A stretch of DNA of 64,000 nt, from IMG/VR virus record IMGVR_UViG_3300042291_001568, positions 52,823-116,822 of that record; one strand, written 5' to 3'. Source of the stretch: a virus. The notes beneath the pieces were generated by a model. That model did not search any database and had not been told where the DNA came from. It saw only the letters and a program-made list of their open reading frames with translations. Both the position numbers and the translations under genes were made by a program. Positions 18,901 through 27,295 of this stretch are shown here, one piece after another (position 1 is the first letter of the stretch; the number at the start of each line of letters is the position of its first letter).

Positions 18901-20563
18901 CGTAGCTTGTGGCATTTTAGCCGGGGCAATTCCAACTGTCCCACCAGCAGATTGGTTTGAAAACCCAAAGCTTAAAGGACCAACGCCGCTTAGTGTAGAC
19001 GATCTCGGCCGTGTGTTTGGCCACATCGCATCTTGGCAAACTGATCATATTGGGATGTCTCGCGGAACACGAGCACCAAAGAGCCGTAGTGGATACGCTT
19101 ACTTCCACACTGGCGTGATTAGGGCAGATGACGGCAAAGACTACCCAGTCGGCCAGCTCACACTCGCAGGTGGACATGCTTCTCTGGAAGCAAGTGCAGT
19201 TGACGCGGCTCGCCACTACGACGACACCGGTTCTGCTATTGCTGATGTTCACGCTGGTGAAGATCAGTTCGGTATTTGGGTTGCTGGCGGTTTGCGCCCA
19301 GGCGCATCTCCTGAGCAAATCCGAGCACTCCGTGCATCGGCACCGTCAGGCGACTGGCGACCAATCGGAGGCCAACTCGAGCTTGTTGCTGTTTGCCAAG
19401 TAAACGTTCCCGGTTTCCCAATTGCACGAGCTCGAGTAGCCTCTGGCCAAGTGTACGCACTTGTCGCAGCCGGTGCTGCTGTTCTTGCAAAGATGAAAAA
19501 CGATCCGCTTACTGAGCTCTCACAACGCATTGAGACTTTAGAAAGCAAAGAGCGTTTGTCTCTTAATGCAGAAGTTGACGCTCTTCGTTCGCGAATGGCT
19601 GATGCAAAAGTAGCTAAGCATGCGCAGCTAACTGCTAAGGCCAAAGAACTTGCCAATCGGATATACGCAGATGAGGTAACCGAAGAAGAGCTGGAGACAC
19701 TCGGATACATTTCACGAGAAAAGCGCCAGAAGCTTGCCGCAGAAAAGAAAGCTCTTCCAGACGGCTCGTACCCAATTGACAACGTTGATGATCTAAAGAA
19801 TGCAATACAAGCGTATGGACGTTCTAAGCCAAACAAACGCTCAGCAGTTCGTAGGCACATCGTGCGTAGAGCACGTGGACTTGACAAAGCAGACTTGATC
19901 CCAGATAAGTGGAAAGAAGCCTCAGTACTTCAGGAAGATGCCGCAGAGATTAGAGCACGAGTTGCCTCTGCCAAGGAGGGGCTTTTAGCGACCATGGCCG
20001 TAACTAGTGAAAATGCAGAAAAAACCACAAACGTAGAAGCAGTTTTTTCGCAGAAGTATGTCTCTGGAGTTAACCAACCAAGAGACTCAAAAGGCATGTT
20101 CCGTACGGTACTTGCTCGATTAAAGGACGACCTTGGCGCCTCTGGGCTTCAAGACGTAGTAGAAAAAGTAGAGAGTGCAGAAGGCCTAGATGATGCTGGA
20201 AACTACGACGCAGCTATTGCTGCTGCGCAAGACCTTTTAGGCGTAATTGACAGGCTTGACTCGGGCGCACTTGACGCTACAGCGCTAGAAAGCGTTAGAT
20301 CTACGGCCCGTTCCCTAGGTCAAGTGATTTCTAATCTTCCACTTGCATTTGGTGCAGACGCTCAAAAGGTCAGGTACAGCGATCTTCCCCCAGTTCTTAG
20401 AAACTTGATTGACGAAATGGTCAAAAGAGTTGAAAAGAAAATTGGGCAAAAAGATGCTGATGAAGTAACTAAGAAGCTAAAGAACTACCAGTCTGGCGGA
20501 GACATGTATTCACAGAGTGAGGTCTCTTCTGAGATGAGTACTCTATTAAGACTTTTAACATAA
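15914..20563 (+). CDS. Capsid maturation protease-containing multidomain head protein
   Basis: ATG at 15914 overlaps the upstream stop (ATGATTAA); the track start at 15884 is less likely. Protease-like PEGVETGDGRIF..LPLPLLWQ..GHNGSVVVGRID..RGVSADLD segment (~18340-18790). Further actinophage head-gene domains (RIAWALWGGD; LRHYW..RWNTPGDWTRC; GRVFGHIASW; ALPDGSYPI). Lies directly upstream of the major capsid gene. Confidence 0.82.
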   Translation: MINLFGTSGNYLLFTDGSSGVIIDTATNTVDATGSIESLSYAMPWAKEDISADSVAHELAHGALADLRVQSLTASARLYTIPKAAQEEAKRGLAWRKEHKRGGTPVGVNSARTLAAGGQIGLEKVRHIAKYFPRHEVDKKGAGYRVDEKGYPSAGRIAWALWGGDAAWRWAQAIVERENKNAVTSAGYINVSTETDLYALSMSYDADLAAFKQASLANEGGPTFAVRVSRADDTIDRLYLVSEEGDVSVWDSKGWDNLGQTDNDIFSCDRTLDEPEYSDASAEHYLIDHQSALSISAQLQQNPFTKISVASLDPEEYEVYASGKEEVDWDFIDAITAAGEESIGGTTAGPDDGYTPEERSAKARKQVRDKGGKFSKMGGRVVVNGDSTTRGAITGIDGASGNVVVKLDSGVSVQVPATQTQDESSFENPDVQQGGPSTGAPLDTSGILGQPRTPIDRPNAKIPGTLPALTPNDLQSILYNFPAWVKQQRDAAGSDTSAETGRPVAKTKDDYAKEREDYYKKREKETGTKYEFREADLRDHPLTKKLFAGSNKKNNLYYNPIRGSAPADAVAKPEPQGIGEPLTPETSDVQPLYMAIVSPEDPSAVFDLICLIPANSKSVVPTIFKRADSKWVQDDKILADLTSATPPPVVPLSGDALDSTLQQLDGIVASALLAEGGLDRNRGNAEKLRHYWLYGRGAIKIRWNTPGDWTRCYRHLMKYMGPRAKGYCALRHKEATGFWPGSKYNIGKKNIRGSAALEATLLSEDVILEKLFLQATAQSARNRVILAAGAYEINSNTVQPASTGAKFSIPLVIPEGVETGDGRIFNDKAITIRELPLPLLWQIETADGHNGSVVVGRIDHMERIDGGIGLGTGVFDTSPHGKEAERMVREGFIRGVSADLDKFEAEEEEEEKEEKIADIELAKTKKKAKKIGGDKINITQARVMAVTIVPKPAFEECAIYIVNSEEYGNNQEEIMEALPDGIYIDDDIDPIDAQSLVACGILAGAIPTVPPADWFENPKLKGPTPLSVDDLGRVFGHIASWQTDHIGMSRGTRAPKSRSGYAYFHTGVIRADDGKDYPVGQLTLAGGHASLEASAVDAARHYDDTGSAIADVHAGEDQFGIWVAGGLRPGASPEQIRALRASAPSGDWRPIGGQLELVAVCQVNVPGFPIARARVASGQVYALVAAGAAVLAKMKNDPLTELSQRIETLESKERLSLNAEVDALRSRMADAKVAKHAQLTAKAKELANRIYADEVTEEELETLGYISREKRQKLAAEKKALPDGSYPIDNVDDLKNAIQAYGRSKPNKRSAVRRHIVRRARGLDKADLIPDKWKEASVLQEDAAEIRARVASAKEGLLATMAVTSENAEKTTNVEAVFSQKYVSGVNQPRDSKGMFRTVLARLKDDLGASGLQDVVEKVESAEGLDDAGNYDAAIAAAQDLLGVIDRLDSGALDATALESVRSTARSLGQVISNLPLAFGADAQKVRYSDLPPVLRNLIDEMVKRVEKKIGQKDADEVTKKLKNYQSGGDMYSQSEVSSEMSTLLRLLT

Positions 20564-20578
20564 CTATACAGTTAGTTA

Positions 20579-20587
20579 TGTTACTAT
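20579..20587 (+). promoter_or_regulatory. Extended -10 promoter candidate (TGnTACTAT) upstream of the capsid leader
   Basis: TG-T-TACTAT in the intergenic gap, ~110 nt before the capsid GTG. Confidence 0.5.
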
Positions 20588-20594
20588 AAAACAT

Positions 20595-20699
20595 AGGTGA
20601 GTGCCTCTAACGCTTCGGCGAGTATGAGTCCCTCTCCTTGGACAGAAACCCGAGACGTTCCGATAAGCGGAATGTCATGACTGGCCCGAAGGAGGGACA
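20595..20699 (+). promoter_or_regulatory. Structured 5' leader of the major capsid gene (candidate cis-regulatory RNA)
   Basis: CGC-UUCG-GCG hairpin 20611-20620. GACGTTCCG-ATAAG-CGGAATGTC hairpin 20654-20676. GTCCCTCTCCTT (20628-20639) is complementary, with a 2-nt bulge, to the SD-containing AAGGAGGGAC (20689-20698). Confidence 0.6.
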
Positions 20700-22547
20700 G
20701 TGGACCGTATCAAGCAAATGCTCGACACAATTACAGAGCTGACCGATGAACAAGTCATCGAGCTGCAATCTGCTATTGTGTCAGAGTTCGAGACGGTCGA
20801 AGGCGAAGCTCCTACCACACAATCAGTAGATACCATGACTACACTTGCAGACATGCTTGACATCGTACGCGAAGAAGCGTCACGCCGGGAGGCTCTTGCA
20901 CAAGAGCTGACCGCACGTGCGTCTGAAGCCGCAATGCGAGTCAAGGGCGAAGCAGAAGAAATGGACCCTGCAATGGAAGAAGAAACAGAAGCTCCTGCAA
21001 TGGAAGAGGAAGAAATTCCAACTCCAGCAGAAGAAGAAGAAGAAGCTCCAATGGCAGAGGCATCAACTGCGACTGAGGAAGTAGCAGAACTTTCGACTAC
21101 AGAAGTAGAAACAGCAGAAGTCGCTGTTGAGGCACCAGCACAAGTAGAACTTGTTGCCGATGTTTCAGTAGAAGCCGAAGCAAGCACAACACAAGAAAAT
21201 TCAATTGCTCCAGAGGTGGAGCAGGAAGGCCAGGAGGCAGAAACAATGACCGCCGCCGTAGAAAACGAGAGCATGGAAGTAGAAATCCAAGCTCCAGCCG
21301 ACCGTCGACCTATCCAGGTTACAGAAGCAGCTCCGGTGACAATCACCGCAGGTGCAGACATTCCAGGATACACGGCCGGTGCAAGCATCAGTGACGCTAA
21401 CGAAGTTGCAGCAGCCATGTCTTCACGTTTGCACGGTCTTCGCCGTGTTAAGGGTGGCGACGGTGAGCAACACATCGTAGCATCATTCACAACACAGTAT
21501 CCAGAGTCACGTGTTCTTTCACAGGACACAGACAGCAACGTAGCAAAGATTAAGGCACTCACTTCACCAGCAGCACTCGTTGCTTCCGGTGGCCATTCCA
21601 CACCATTCGAGGTCAAGTATGACATCTTTGGTTTTGGAACAACTGAGCGCCCAATCCGCGACTCGCTTCCGCGCTTTTCGGCAGACCGTGGCGGTATCCG
21701 CTATATTCTTCCTCCAGTGCTCAGCGATTACGCAAACGCTGTTGACGTATGGACAGCTGCAAACGATGCAGCAGGTACACCAGACCCAGCAACAAAAGCA
21801 AGTTTGACAGTGTCAGCAGCAACAGAAACAACTGTTGCAACCGACGCAGTTACCTTGCAATTGAAGTTCGGTAACTTGATGACACGTGCATACCCAGAGT
21901 TGATTGCTCGACACAACGAACTTGCTCTTGTACAGCACGCTCGCGAAGCTGAGCAGTATCTTGCAAGCAAGCTAACCGCAGGATCCACAGCAGTCACAAG
22001 CACCAGCCTCATCGGTGTTGCTCGCGACTTCTTGGTTCAAGTTGGCCGTTCAGCAACAGCAATGCGTAGCCGTCATCGTCTCGACCCAGCACAACAATTG
22101 CGAGTAATTGCTCCATCATGGATCAAAGACGCAATGGTTGCCGACCTTACGTTGGCAGCTCCTGGCGACAGCACAATGAGTGCAGCTGGTGAAATTGATG
22201 GATACCTCGCATCACGCGGCGTAAACATTACTTTCAGCTCCGACCTCAACGTCTTCGGCTCACAAGGCGCCGCAGCAATGCTTGAGTTCCCAGACACATT
22301 CACATGGTACCTCTTCGCTGAAGGAACATTCTTGTTCCTTGACGGTGGAACATTGGACCTTGGAATCATCCGCGACTCTACTCTTGTAGGAACCAACGAT
22401 TACAAAATGTTCGTTGAAACCTTTGAAGGTATTGCGAAGATGGGTGTTGAGTCACTCGTTGTTACCTCCACAATCAGCGTCAACGGCGTGGCAGCAGCCC
22501 TCCGTGACACAACTGGTGGAGCAACAGCCGCAGCAGTTGAGTACTAA
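20700..22547 (+). CDS. Major capsid (hexamer) protein with acidic N-terminal scaffold-like region
   Basis: 615 aa, GTG start with AGGAGG SD. Glu-rich first ~190 aa, then ITAGADIPG..LVASGG..DRGGIRY..FLFLDGGTLDLGIIRDSTL..NDYKMFVETFEG, as in cluster-B-type actinophage capsids. Confidence 0.88.
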   Translation: MDRIKQMLDTITELTDEQVIELQSAIVSEFETVEGEAPTTQSVDTMTTLADMLDIVREEASRREALAQELTARASEAAMRVKGEAEEMDPAMEEETEAPAMEEEEIPTPAEEEEEAPMAEASTATEEVAELSTTEVETAEVAVEAPAQVELVADVSVEAEASTTQENSIAPEVEQEGQEAETMTAAVENESMEVEIQAPADRRPIQVTEAAPVTITAGADIPGYTAGASISDANEVAAAMSSRLHGLRRVKGGDGEQHIVASFTTQYPESRVLSQDTDSNVAKIKALTSPAALVASGGHSTPFEVKYDIFGFGTTERPIRDSLPRFSADRGGIRYILPPVLSDYANAVDVWTAANDAAGTPDPATKASLTVSAATETTVATDAVTLQLKFGNLMTRAYPELIARHNELALVQHAREAEQYLASKLTAGSTAVTSTSLIGVARDFLVQVGRSATAMRSRHRLDPAQQLRVIAPSWIKDAMVADLTLAAPGDSTMSAAGEIDGYLASRGVNITFSSDLNVFGSQGAAAMLEFPDTFTWYLFAEGTFLFLDGGTLDLGIIRDSTLVGTNDYKMFVETFEGIAKMGVESLVVTSTISVNGVAAALRDTTGGATAAAVEY

Positions 22548-22571
22548 ACCATACTGATAGCGTATCGCGAC

Positions 22572-22597
22572 GGGGGTGCCCAGCAATGGGCATCCCC
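22572..22597 (+). terminator. GC-rich hairpin after the major capsid gene (terminator or stabiliser)
   Basis: GGGGGTGCCCA-GCAA-TGGGCATCCCC with a GNRA loop; no U-tract. Confidence 0.6.
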
Positions 22598-22647
22598 AAT
22601 GCGAGCAATTAAGCATCGTGAAGATTTTAGGTTAGGAACCAAAATAT

Positions 22648-23748
22648 ATGGCTTTTAGAGGAATTTTTCCGGCACCAAACATTGAACCAACTGAATTTGG
22701 TCTATTTGCTGTAGCCAAACCTTCTGCACCTGCAGATGAAAAAATTGAAGACAAATGGACACGCGGATTTTCGCAAGAATACGACACGCAGCCGAGCTAT
22801 GTACGCACATGGGACGAAACATCGTCAACATCATATGTTGTAGCAGACAGGCATACGGCGCCTCTTTACAGAGAAATTAAGCCAATTTTTATTGAAGTAG
22901 AAGACTTCCACTCAACATTCAGTCTTACTGGTGAAGATCGCTTTGCGCGAGTTCTGTCGCAGCTCGAAGCTACTTCTCAAAAAGCGTTGGAATACGAACT
23001 TTGGGACGGTGAAATTGCTCTTGCCGAAGGTCTTCCAAATATGTTTTTGTCAAAGCCTGGCGTGACAGTGATTCACAATGAAGCAGCGCACGGCAGTGCA
23101 TACTCAGCTCGTAGAGCTCTTTCACTTCTTGAGCATTACGCAGGCGAGCAGTCGCCTGCCGGAGAGCACGGCGTGGTTCACTTGACACGCGATGCTTTTG
23201 TTTTGTTGACAAGTAACAATCAACTCTTTATGGACACTACAAACAAGCAGCATATGCAAACTGCTTCTGGTGCACCAGTCGTTATTGGCTCAGGCTACAG
23301 CGGCAACGGCCCACACGTTGCCATTAGCACTATTGCAGTTGCAACAAACGTTGCTACTATTGTTACTTCATCTGCTCATTACATGAAAGTTGGAGAATCT
23401 TTCAAGGTAACTACAAACGCAGGTGGTACTGCATTTGACGGTACGTGGACAGTAAAAGCTGTGACAAACACCACAACTTTTACTGCAGATATCACTGCAG
23501 GCAATCAGTCAGCAACTGCAACAGCTGGATACGTCCAAATGCAAGGTGACGACGATACTAAGTGGATTTACATGACTGGGACTGTCCAAGCACATCTTGG
23601 AAAGTCTGAAGTAGTAAATGAAACTTTGGCACAGGGATATGATGTCTCTGGTAATGATAACGACATGAGGATTAAAGCAACTCGGGCAGCCGTAGCGTAC
23701 TTTGATCCGTCAATTCACTTGACAATCAAAGTGGATTTGACAGCGTAG
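22648..23748 (+). CDS. Probable capsid pentamer protein with an inserted beta-domain
   Basis: Immediately follows the major capsid gene. FGLFAV..KPIFIEVED..SQKALEYELWDG..GVVH..VVIGSGY..KWIYMTG resembles the second capsid gene of cluster-B-type phages. Insert at ~23320-23535. Confidence 0.7.
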   Translation: MAFRGIFPAPNIEPTEFGLFAVAKPSAPADEKIEDKWTRGFSQEYDTQPSYVRTWDETSSTSYVVADRHTAPLYREIKPIFIEVEDFHSTFSLTGEDRFARVLSQLEATSQKALEYELWDGEIALAEGLPNMFLSKPGVTVIHNEAAHGSAYSARRALSLLEHYAGEQSPAGEHGVVHLTRDAFVLLTSNNQLFMDTTNKQHMQTASGAPVVIGSGYSGNGPHVAISTIAVATNVATIVTSSAHYMKVGESFKVTTNAGGTAFDGTWTVKAVTNTTTFTADITAGNQSATATAGYVQMQGDDDTKWIYMTGTVQAHLGKSEVVNETLAQGYDVSGNDNDMRIKATRAAVAYFDPSIHLTIKVDLTA

Positions 23749-23802
23749 AATGGACATTAACAAGTGACAAGCAACAAAATATCTAACAAGGAGAAAGCTT
23801 AA

Positions 23803-24852
23803 ATGTCAACTCAAGACTACGCCGCGAGTATCCAGGGTGTATCAATTCGTGTGACACGTCTTGATGCCGCTGGCAGCTTGCTTAACAACCCAGGTGACAG
23901 TTACACGACGTCGGCATTTATGCGGATGTCGTTCACACCAGAATACGAGGAAGGCGATGAAATCACAGAAAAGTCAGCAAATGGCGTTATCTGTGTTTCG
24001 TACAAAGCACCTGACACTTTAAAGAGAGTAACTCTTGAAGTAGCCATTTGCGAGCCAGACCCAGAACTTACTAACCTTATGTCCGGTGGTCTTTTGCTTC
24101 GCAAGAACCTTGGAACATTCGCGTCTGCTAACCGCCAATCAATCGGTTGGTCATCACCGGCAGTTGGAGATGATCCATCTGGTAACGGCGTCGCAATTGA
24201 ATGTTGGTCATTCGCAGTTAAGGATGGAAAGCGTGCAGCAACAATGCCGTACTTCCACTGGGTTTTCCCATACGTCAAGCTTCGTCAGTCAGGCGACCGC
24301 GTCATTGAAAACGGAATGCTTGCAACTACGTTTGAAGGATACGGCCTTGGCAATGAGGCATTCAACATGGGTCTCGACAATCGCTGGGAATTCCCAGTTG
24401 CTACAGAGCGTCCATACTCGTATGCACGAAGCGAATGGGCACCGACCGGCCGCAAGGGCTTTTACGAATGGCACGCAGATCTTACAAAAACGATCTCGAA
24501 CAGCGCCCGTACTGGTTCAACAGCAACAATCACGACTTCATCAGCACATGGTTTCCGTGTAGGAGACAGCGTGACAATTGCAGGTACAAACGGCAACACA
24601 CCTCTTCATGGTACATACACCATTGCGACTGTACCAACAACAACAACATTCACCTACGCCACAACAACAACCGGAACAATTACGTCCGCTGCTGATACTG
24701 GTACGGCACTTGTTCCTGCAAACAGTTGGGCAGTCACTGACTTCCTTTCGCAGGGTTCAACAACTACTTACAACACACCTGGAAACGTGGACTACAACGC
24801 CGATGCCGCGATTGACTTTATCATCGCATCGTCAGACGATCCAACATCATAA
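23803..24852 (+). CDS. Major tail (tube) protein with C-terminal appended beta-domain
   Basis: SIQGVSIRVTRLD..FTPEYEEGDEITEKSANG..ICEPDPEL..YFHWVFP; SD AAGGAG; position after the capsid genes. Confidence 0.82.
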   Translation: MSTQDYAASIQGVSIRVTRLDAAGSLLNNPGDSYTTSAFMRMSFTPEYEEGDEITEKSANGVICVSYKAPDTLKRVTLEVAICEPDPELTNLMSGGLLLRKNLGTFASANRQSIGWSSPAVGDDPSGNGVAIECWSFAVKDGKRAATMPYFHWVFPYVKLRQSGDRVIENGMLATTFEGYGLGNEAFNMGLDNRWEFPVATERPYSYARSEWAPTGRKGFYEWHADLTKTISNSARTGSTATITTSSAHGFRVGDSVTIAGTNGNTPLHGTYTIATVPTTTTFTYATTTTGTITSAADTGTALVPANSWAVTDFLSQGSTTTYNTPGNVDYNADAAIDFIIASSDDPTS

Positions 24853-24868
24853 GGAAAAAGCACGTAGA

Positions 24869-24921
24869 CAACGGACTGCGAGTTGCCTGTATAGAATTAC
24901 AGTGTAACGCGCAGTCCGTTG
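24869..24921. repeat. Long intergenic inverted repeat/hairpin
   Basis: CAACGGACTGCG (24869-24880) and CGCAGTCCGTTG (24910-24921) are perfect complements. Inner GTTGC/GTAAC and CTGTA/TACAG stems; loop TAGAAT. Confidence 0.8.
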
Positions 24922-24949
24922 AGCGTTCAGACAAAGACGAAAGGCCGCG

Positions 24950-26326
24950 ATGTCAAATCTGTGGATAACTCCAGAAGAACTCGGCGACTACGCAGAATCA
25001 GAATACGCCTATGAAGCTGCAAAATCTGCTTCTAATCTTCTTTGGGCGTTGTCTGGTAGAAAGTACAGTGGAACTACTACAGTAACTGAGCGCTATGTAT
25101 GCGTCAACAGGTTGTATCGCTATGGCGCTTCGCTGCGAAATTCTTCTCCACAGCTTCTAAACGGTGAAGTGTACAACATTCCAACAAATGATTTTGACTA
25201 CATGTACGACACAACTTCTGACGGAAGCTCGGCCTCTCGGCGAGTAAAACTTAGAGGCAGGCCAGTTCAGACAATTCATACTATTAGAAATGTTGCAGGC
25301 GACATTGTTGACCCATCTACTTATTATTTAGTAGACCACTCGACACTGCAAGCTACGGCAGGCCAAGCGTGGGTTCCTTGCGACATTGAAGTAACGTACT
25401 CGTATGGTATTGATCCTCCAACGCTTGGCAGAATGGCTGCAAGAACACTTGCACTCGAGTTTGCTAAATTGTGGAATGGCGCCGATGACTGCATTCTTCC
25501 ACAAAGAGTGACGTCTATTTCTCGTCAAGGCGTGTCATACACCTTACTTGACAATCAAGACTTCATTGACGAAATGCGCACCGGACTGTATCCTGTTGAC
25601 ATTTTTTTAAAGTCTGTTAACCCCGACAATGCACGAGCCAAGGCACGTGTGTTTTCGCCAGACATTGCAAAAGCAAGACGGTACACTCCTAAGGCTCTTA
25701 GAGAAGGCGTAAGTGAGTTAGACATTGCAGTGCCGGCAGCAACAACTGGAACTGCTTCATCTAGCGTTTCTTTAGCATCGTTGAACGCTCAGTTTTTAGT
25801 AACTGAGGGAGGGTGGACGCCTTACGCGATTTTGCGAAGCTACTCAGAAAATAAGTCGGTAACACTAACTGGAGCAGTGACTACAGTTGACCCGACTCCT
25901 ACAGCAATCAACTTAGCAACACGGTCAATAGTCTCTAACGTAGCAATAATGACTACATCCGCTGCTCATAATTTGTACGTCGGAACATCAATAACAATTG
26001 CCAACGCACACGCTACTTTTAATGGAACGTACACCGTACTGAGCGTACTTAACTCTACAACATTTACCTACACAAAAACTAACGCAAATATAGCGGAAGT
26101 AGCGTCGGCAGGAACAGTATCCGCAGCTAGTGACACTAGACTGGTGACTACTGTAGGATACGCCGACGCATATAGCGCTATCGGGAAAGTAGACCCAGGC
26201 ACGTACGACGTGTATGCCGACAAGGGAACTGCGCCAAATATAGAAACCGTTCATATTGGGACTGGCAACCTCACAATAGCCTTGGCACCCACTGCGGTAA
26301 CTGCTATCGTTATTGGAGGAAGTTAA
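24950..26326 (+). CDS. Head-to-tail adaptor with C-terminal extension
   Basis: ASNLLWALSGRKYSG..VTYSYG..PPTLGRMAA..LPQRVTSISRQGVSYT..RTGLYPVD, typical of actinophage adaptors. Beta-domain insert at ~25900-26125. Confidence 0.75.
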   Translation: MSNLWITPEELGDYAESEYAYEAAKSASNLLWALSGRKYSGTTTVTERYVCVNRLYRYGASLRNSSPQLLNGEVYNIPTNDFDYMYDTTSDGSSASRRVKLRGRPVQTIHTIRNVAGDIVDPSTYYLVDHSTLQATAGQAWVPCDIEVTYSYGIDPPTLGRMAARTLALEFAKLWNGADDCILPQRVTSISRQGVSYTLLDNQDFIDEMRTGLYPVDIFLKSVNPDNARAKARVFSPDIAKARRYTPKALREGVSELDIAVPAATTGTASSSVSLASLNAQFLVTEGGWTPYAILRSYSENKSVTLTGAVTTVDPTPTAINLATRSIVSNVAIMTTSAAHNLYVGTSITIANAHATFNGTYTVLSVLNSTTFTYTKTNANIAEVASAGTVSAASDTRLVTTVGYADAYSAIGKVDPGTYDVYADKGTAPNIETVHIGTGNLTIALAPTAVTAIVIGGS

Positions 26327-26829
26327 TGCCAATAGTTGACACGACTACAATACCGAGCGAAGCAAAAAATGCAAAAGACTTGCTTGATGGCGTTCTTGAC
26401 ACAATTGTTTCAGTGTTTAGCTCGTATAGCGTGCCCCTGCCGTCTCGTCAGTATTGGACAGTAGGCGAGCAAGCAATAGATTGCGAGCAGCTGACAGTTA
26501 CTTTGATTCAGATATACTTAGGAGCGCCTGGCGACCAAGCATCAAGTCCTCAAAAATGTAACGTTCCTAGAAGCGCAGTAATGACTGTTTCTCTTGCTAG
26601 AGAAATACCGACTGTAGGGCAGAACGGAAGGCCACCGTCTTACGATAAAATAGCCCAGGCTGCAGAAATATCGGCAATAGATGCGTGGGTCCTTATGGAG
26701 TCAATTAACGTATTAGATCAATGGGAGCCGGGATCTTTTGGCGTAGGAGTCATAGCCACCGTAGATATTCCACCCCCAGAAGGTGGATTCCAACTTGTAA
26801 ACATGCAATTGACAATGGCGATTCCGTAA
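26326..26829 (+). CDS. Head-tail connector / tail terminator-like protein
   Basis: 167 aa, translationally coupled (TAATG), in the neck-gene position; no diagnostic motif recognised. Confidence 0.55.
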   Translation: MPIVDTTTIPSEAKNAKDLLDGVLDTIVSVFSSYSVPLPSRQYWTVGEQAIDCEQLTVTLIQIYLGAPGDQASSPQKCNVPRSAVMTVSLAREIPTVGQNGRPPSYDKIAQAAEISAIDAWVLMESINVLDQWEPGSFGVGVIATVDIPPPEGGFQLVNMQLTMAIP

Positions 26830-27227
26830 TGGCTGAATACACTAAAATCTATTACGTGTCAAATAAGCTGGGAACGTACCAGTTGCTGAAGTCTCCTGTA
26901 GGTGATGTCGGAATCCATCTAATGAAGATTGGCGAAAAAATCAAATTTGCTGCAAAACGCCAAGTTGGAAAAAATACTGGACTTTTAGCAGCAAGTATCG
27001 GTATGTCGCAGTCGCTCACACCTACTGGGCAGCAAGTAAAAATTGGCTCTCCAGTGAGCTACGCTCTCGTCCACCACGAAGGATCTCGTCCGCATATGAT
27101 TCGTGCAAATGGTGGAATGCTTAGATTTACTTCAAAAGGACGAGTGGTGTACCGCAGGGCAGTGATGCACCCAGGCACTCGGCCAAACAGGTACTTGTCG
27201 GACCACCTGTGGTATGTGTACAGGTAA
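26829..27227 (+). CDS. HK97 gp10-like tail completion protein
   Basis: ATG 26829 overlaps the upstream TAA. SYALVHHEGSRPH..VMHPGTRPNRYL motif. Confidence 0.65.
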   Translation: MAEYTKIYYVSNKLGTYQLLKSPVGDVGIHLMKIGEKIKFAAKRQVGKNTGLLAASIGMSQSLTPTGQQVKIGSPVSYALVHHEGSRPHMIRANGGMLRFTSKGRVVYRRAVMHPGTRPNRYLSDHLWYVYR

Positions 27228-27295
27228 CTACCGCACATGTAGTATGATATATAAGTAATAGTCATAAAGACATTAACCAGATACGGAGAAAAAAC

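Noticed and set aside
20675-21625. 316-aa minus-strand ORF, and similar long antisense ORFs (11063-11710, 15195-15914, 19264-19887, 28822-29811, 32511-33335)
   Set aside because: They lie fully opposite well-supported genes, are Ser/Ala/Val-rich mirror translations, and show no motifs or RBS.
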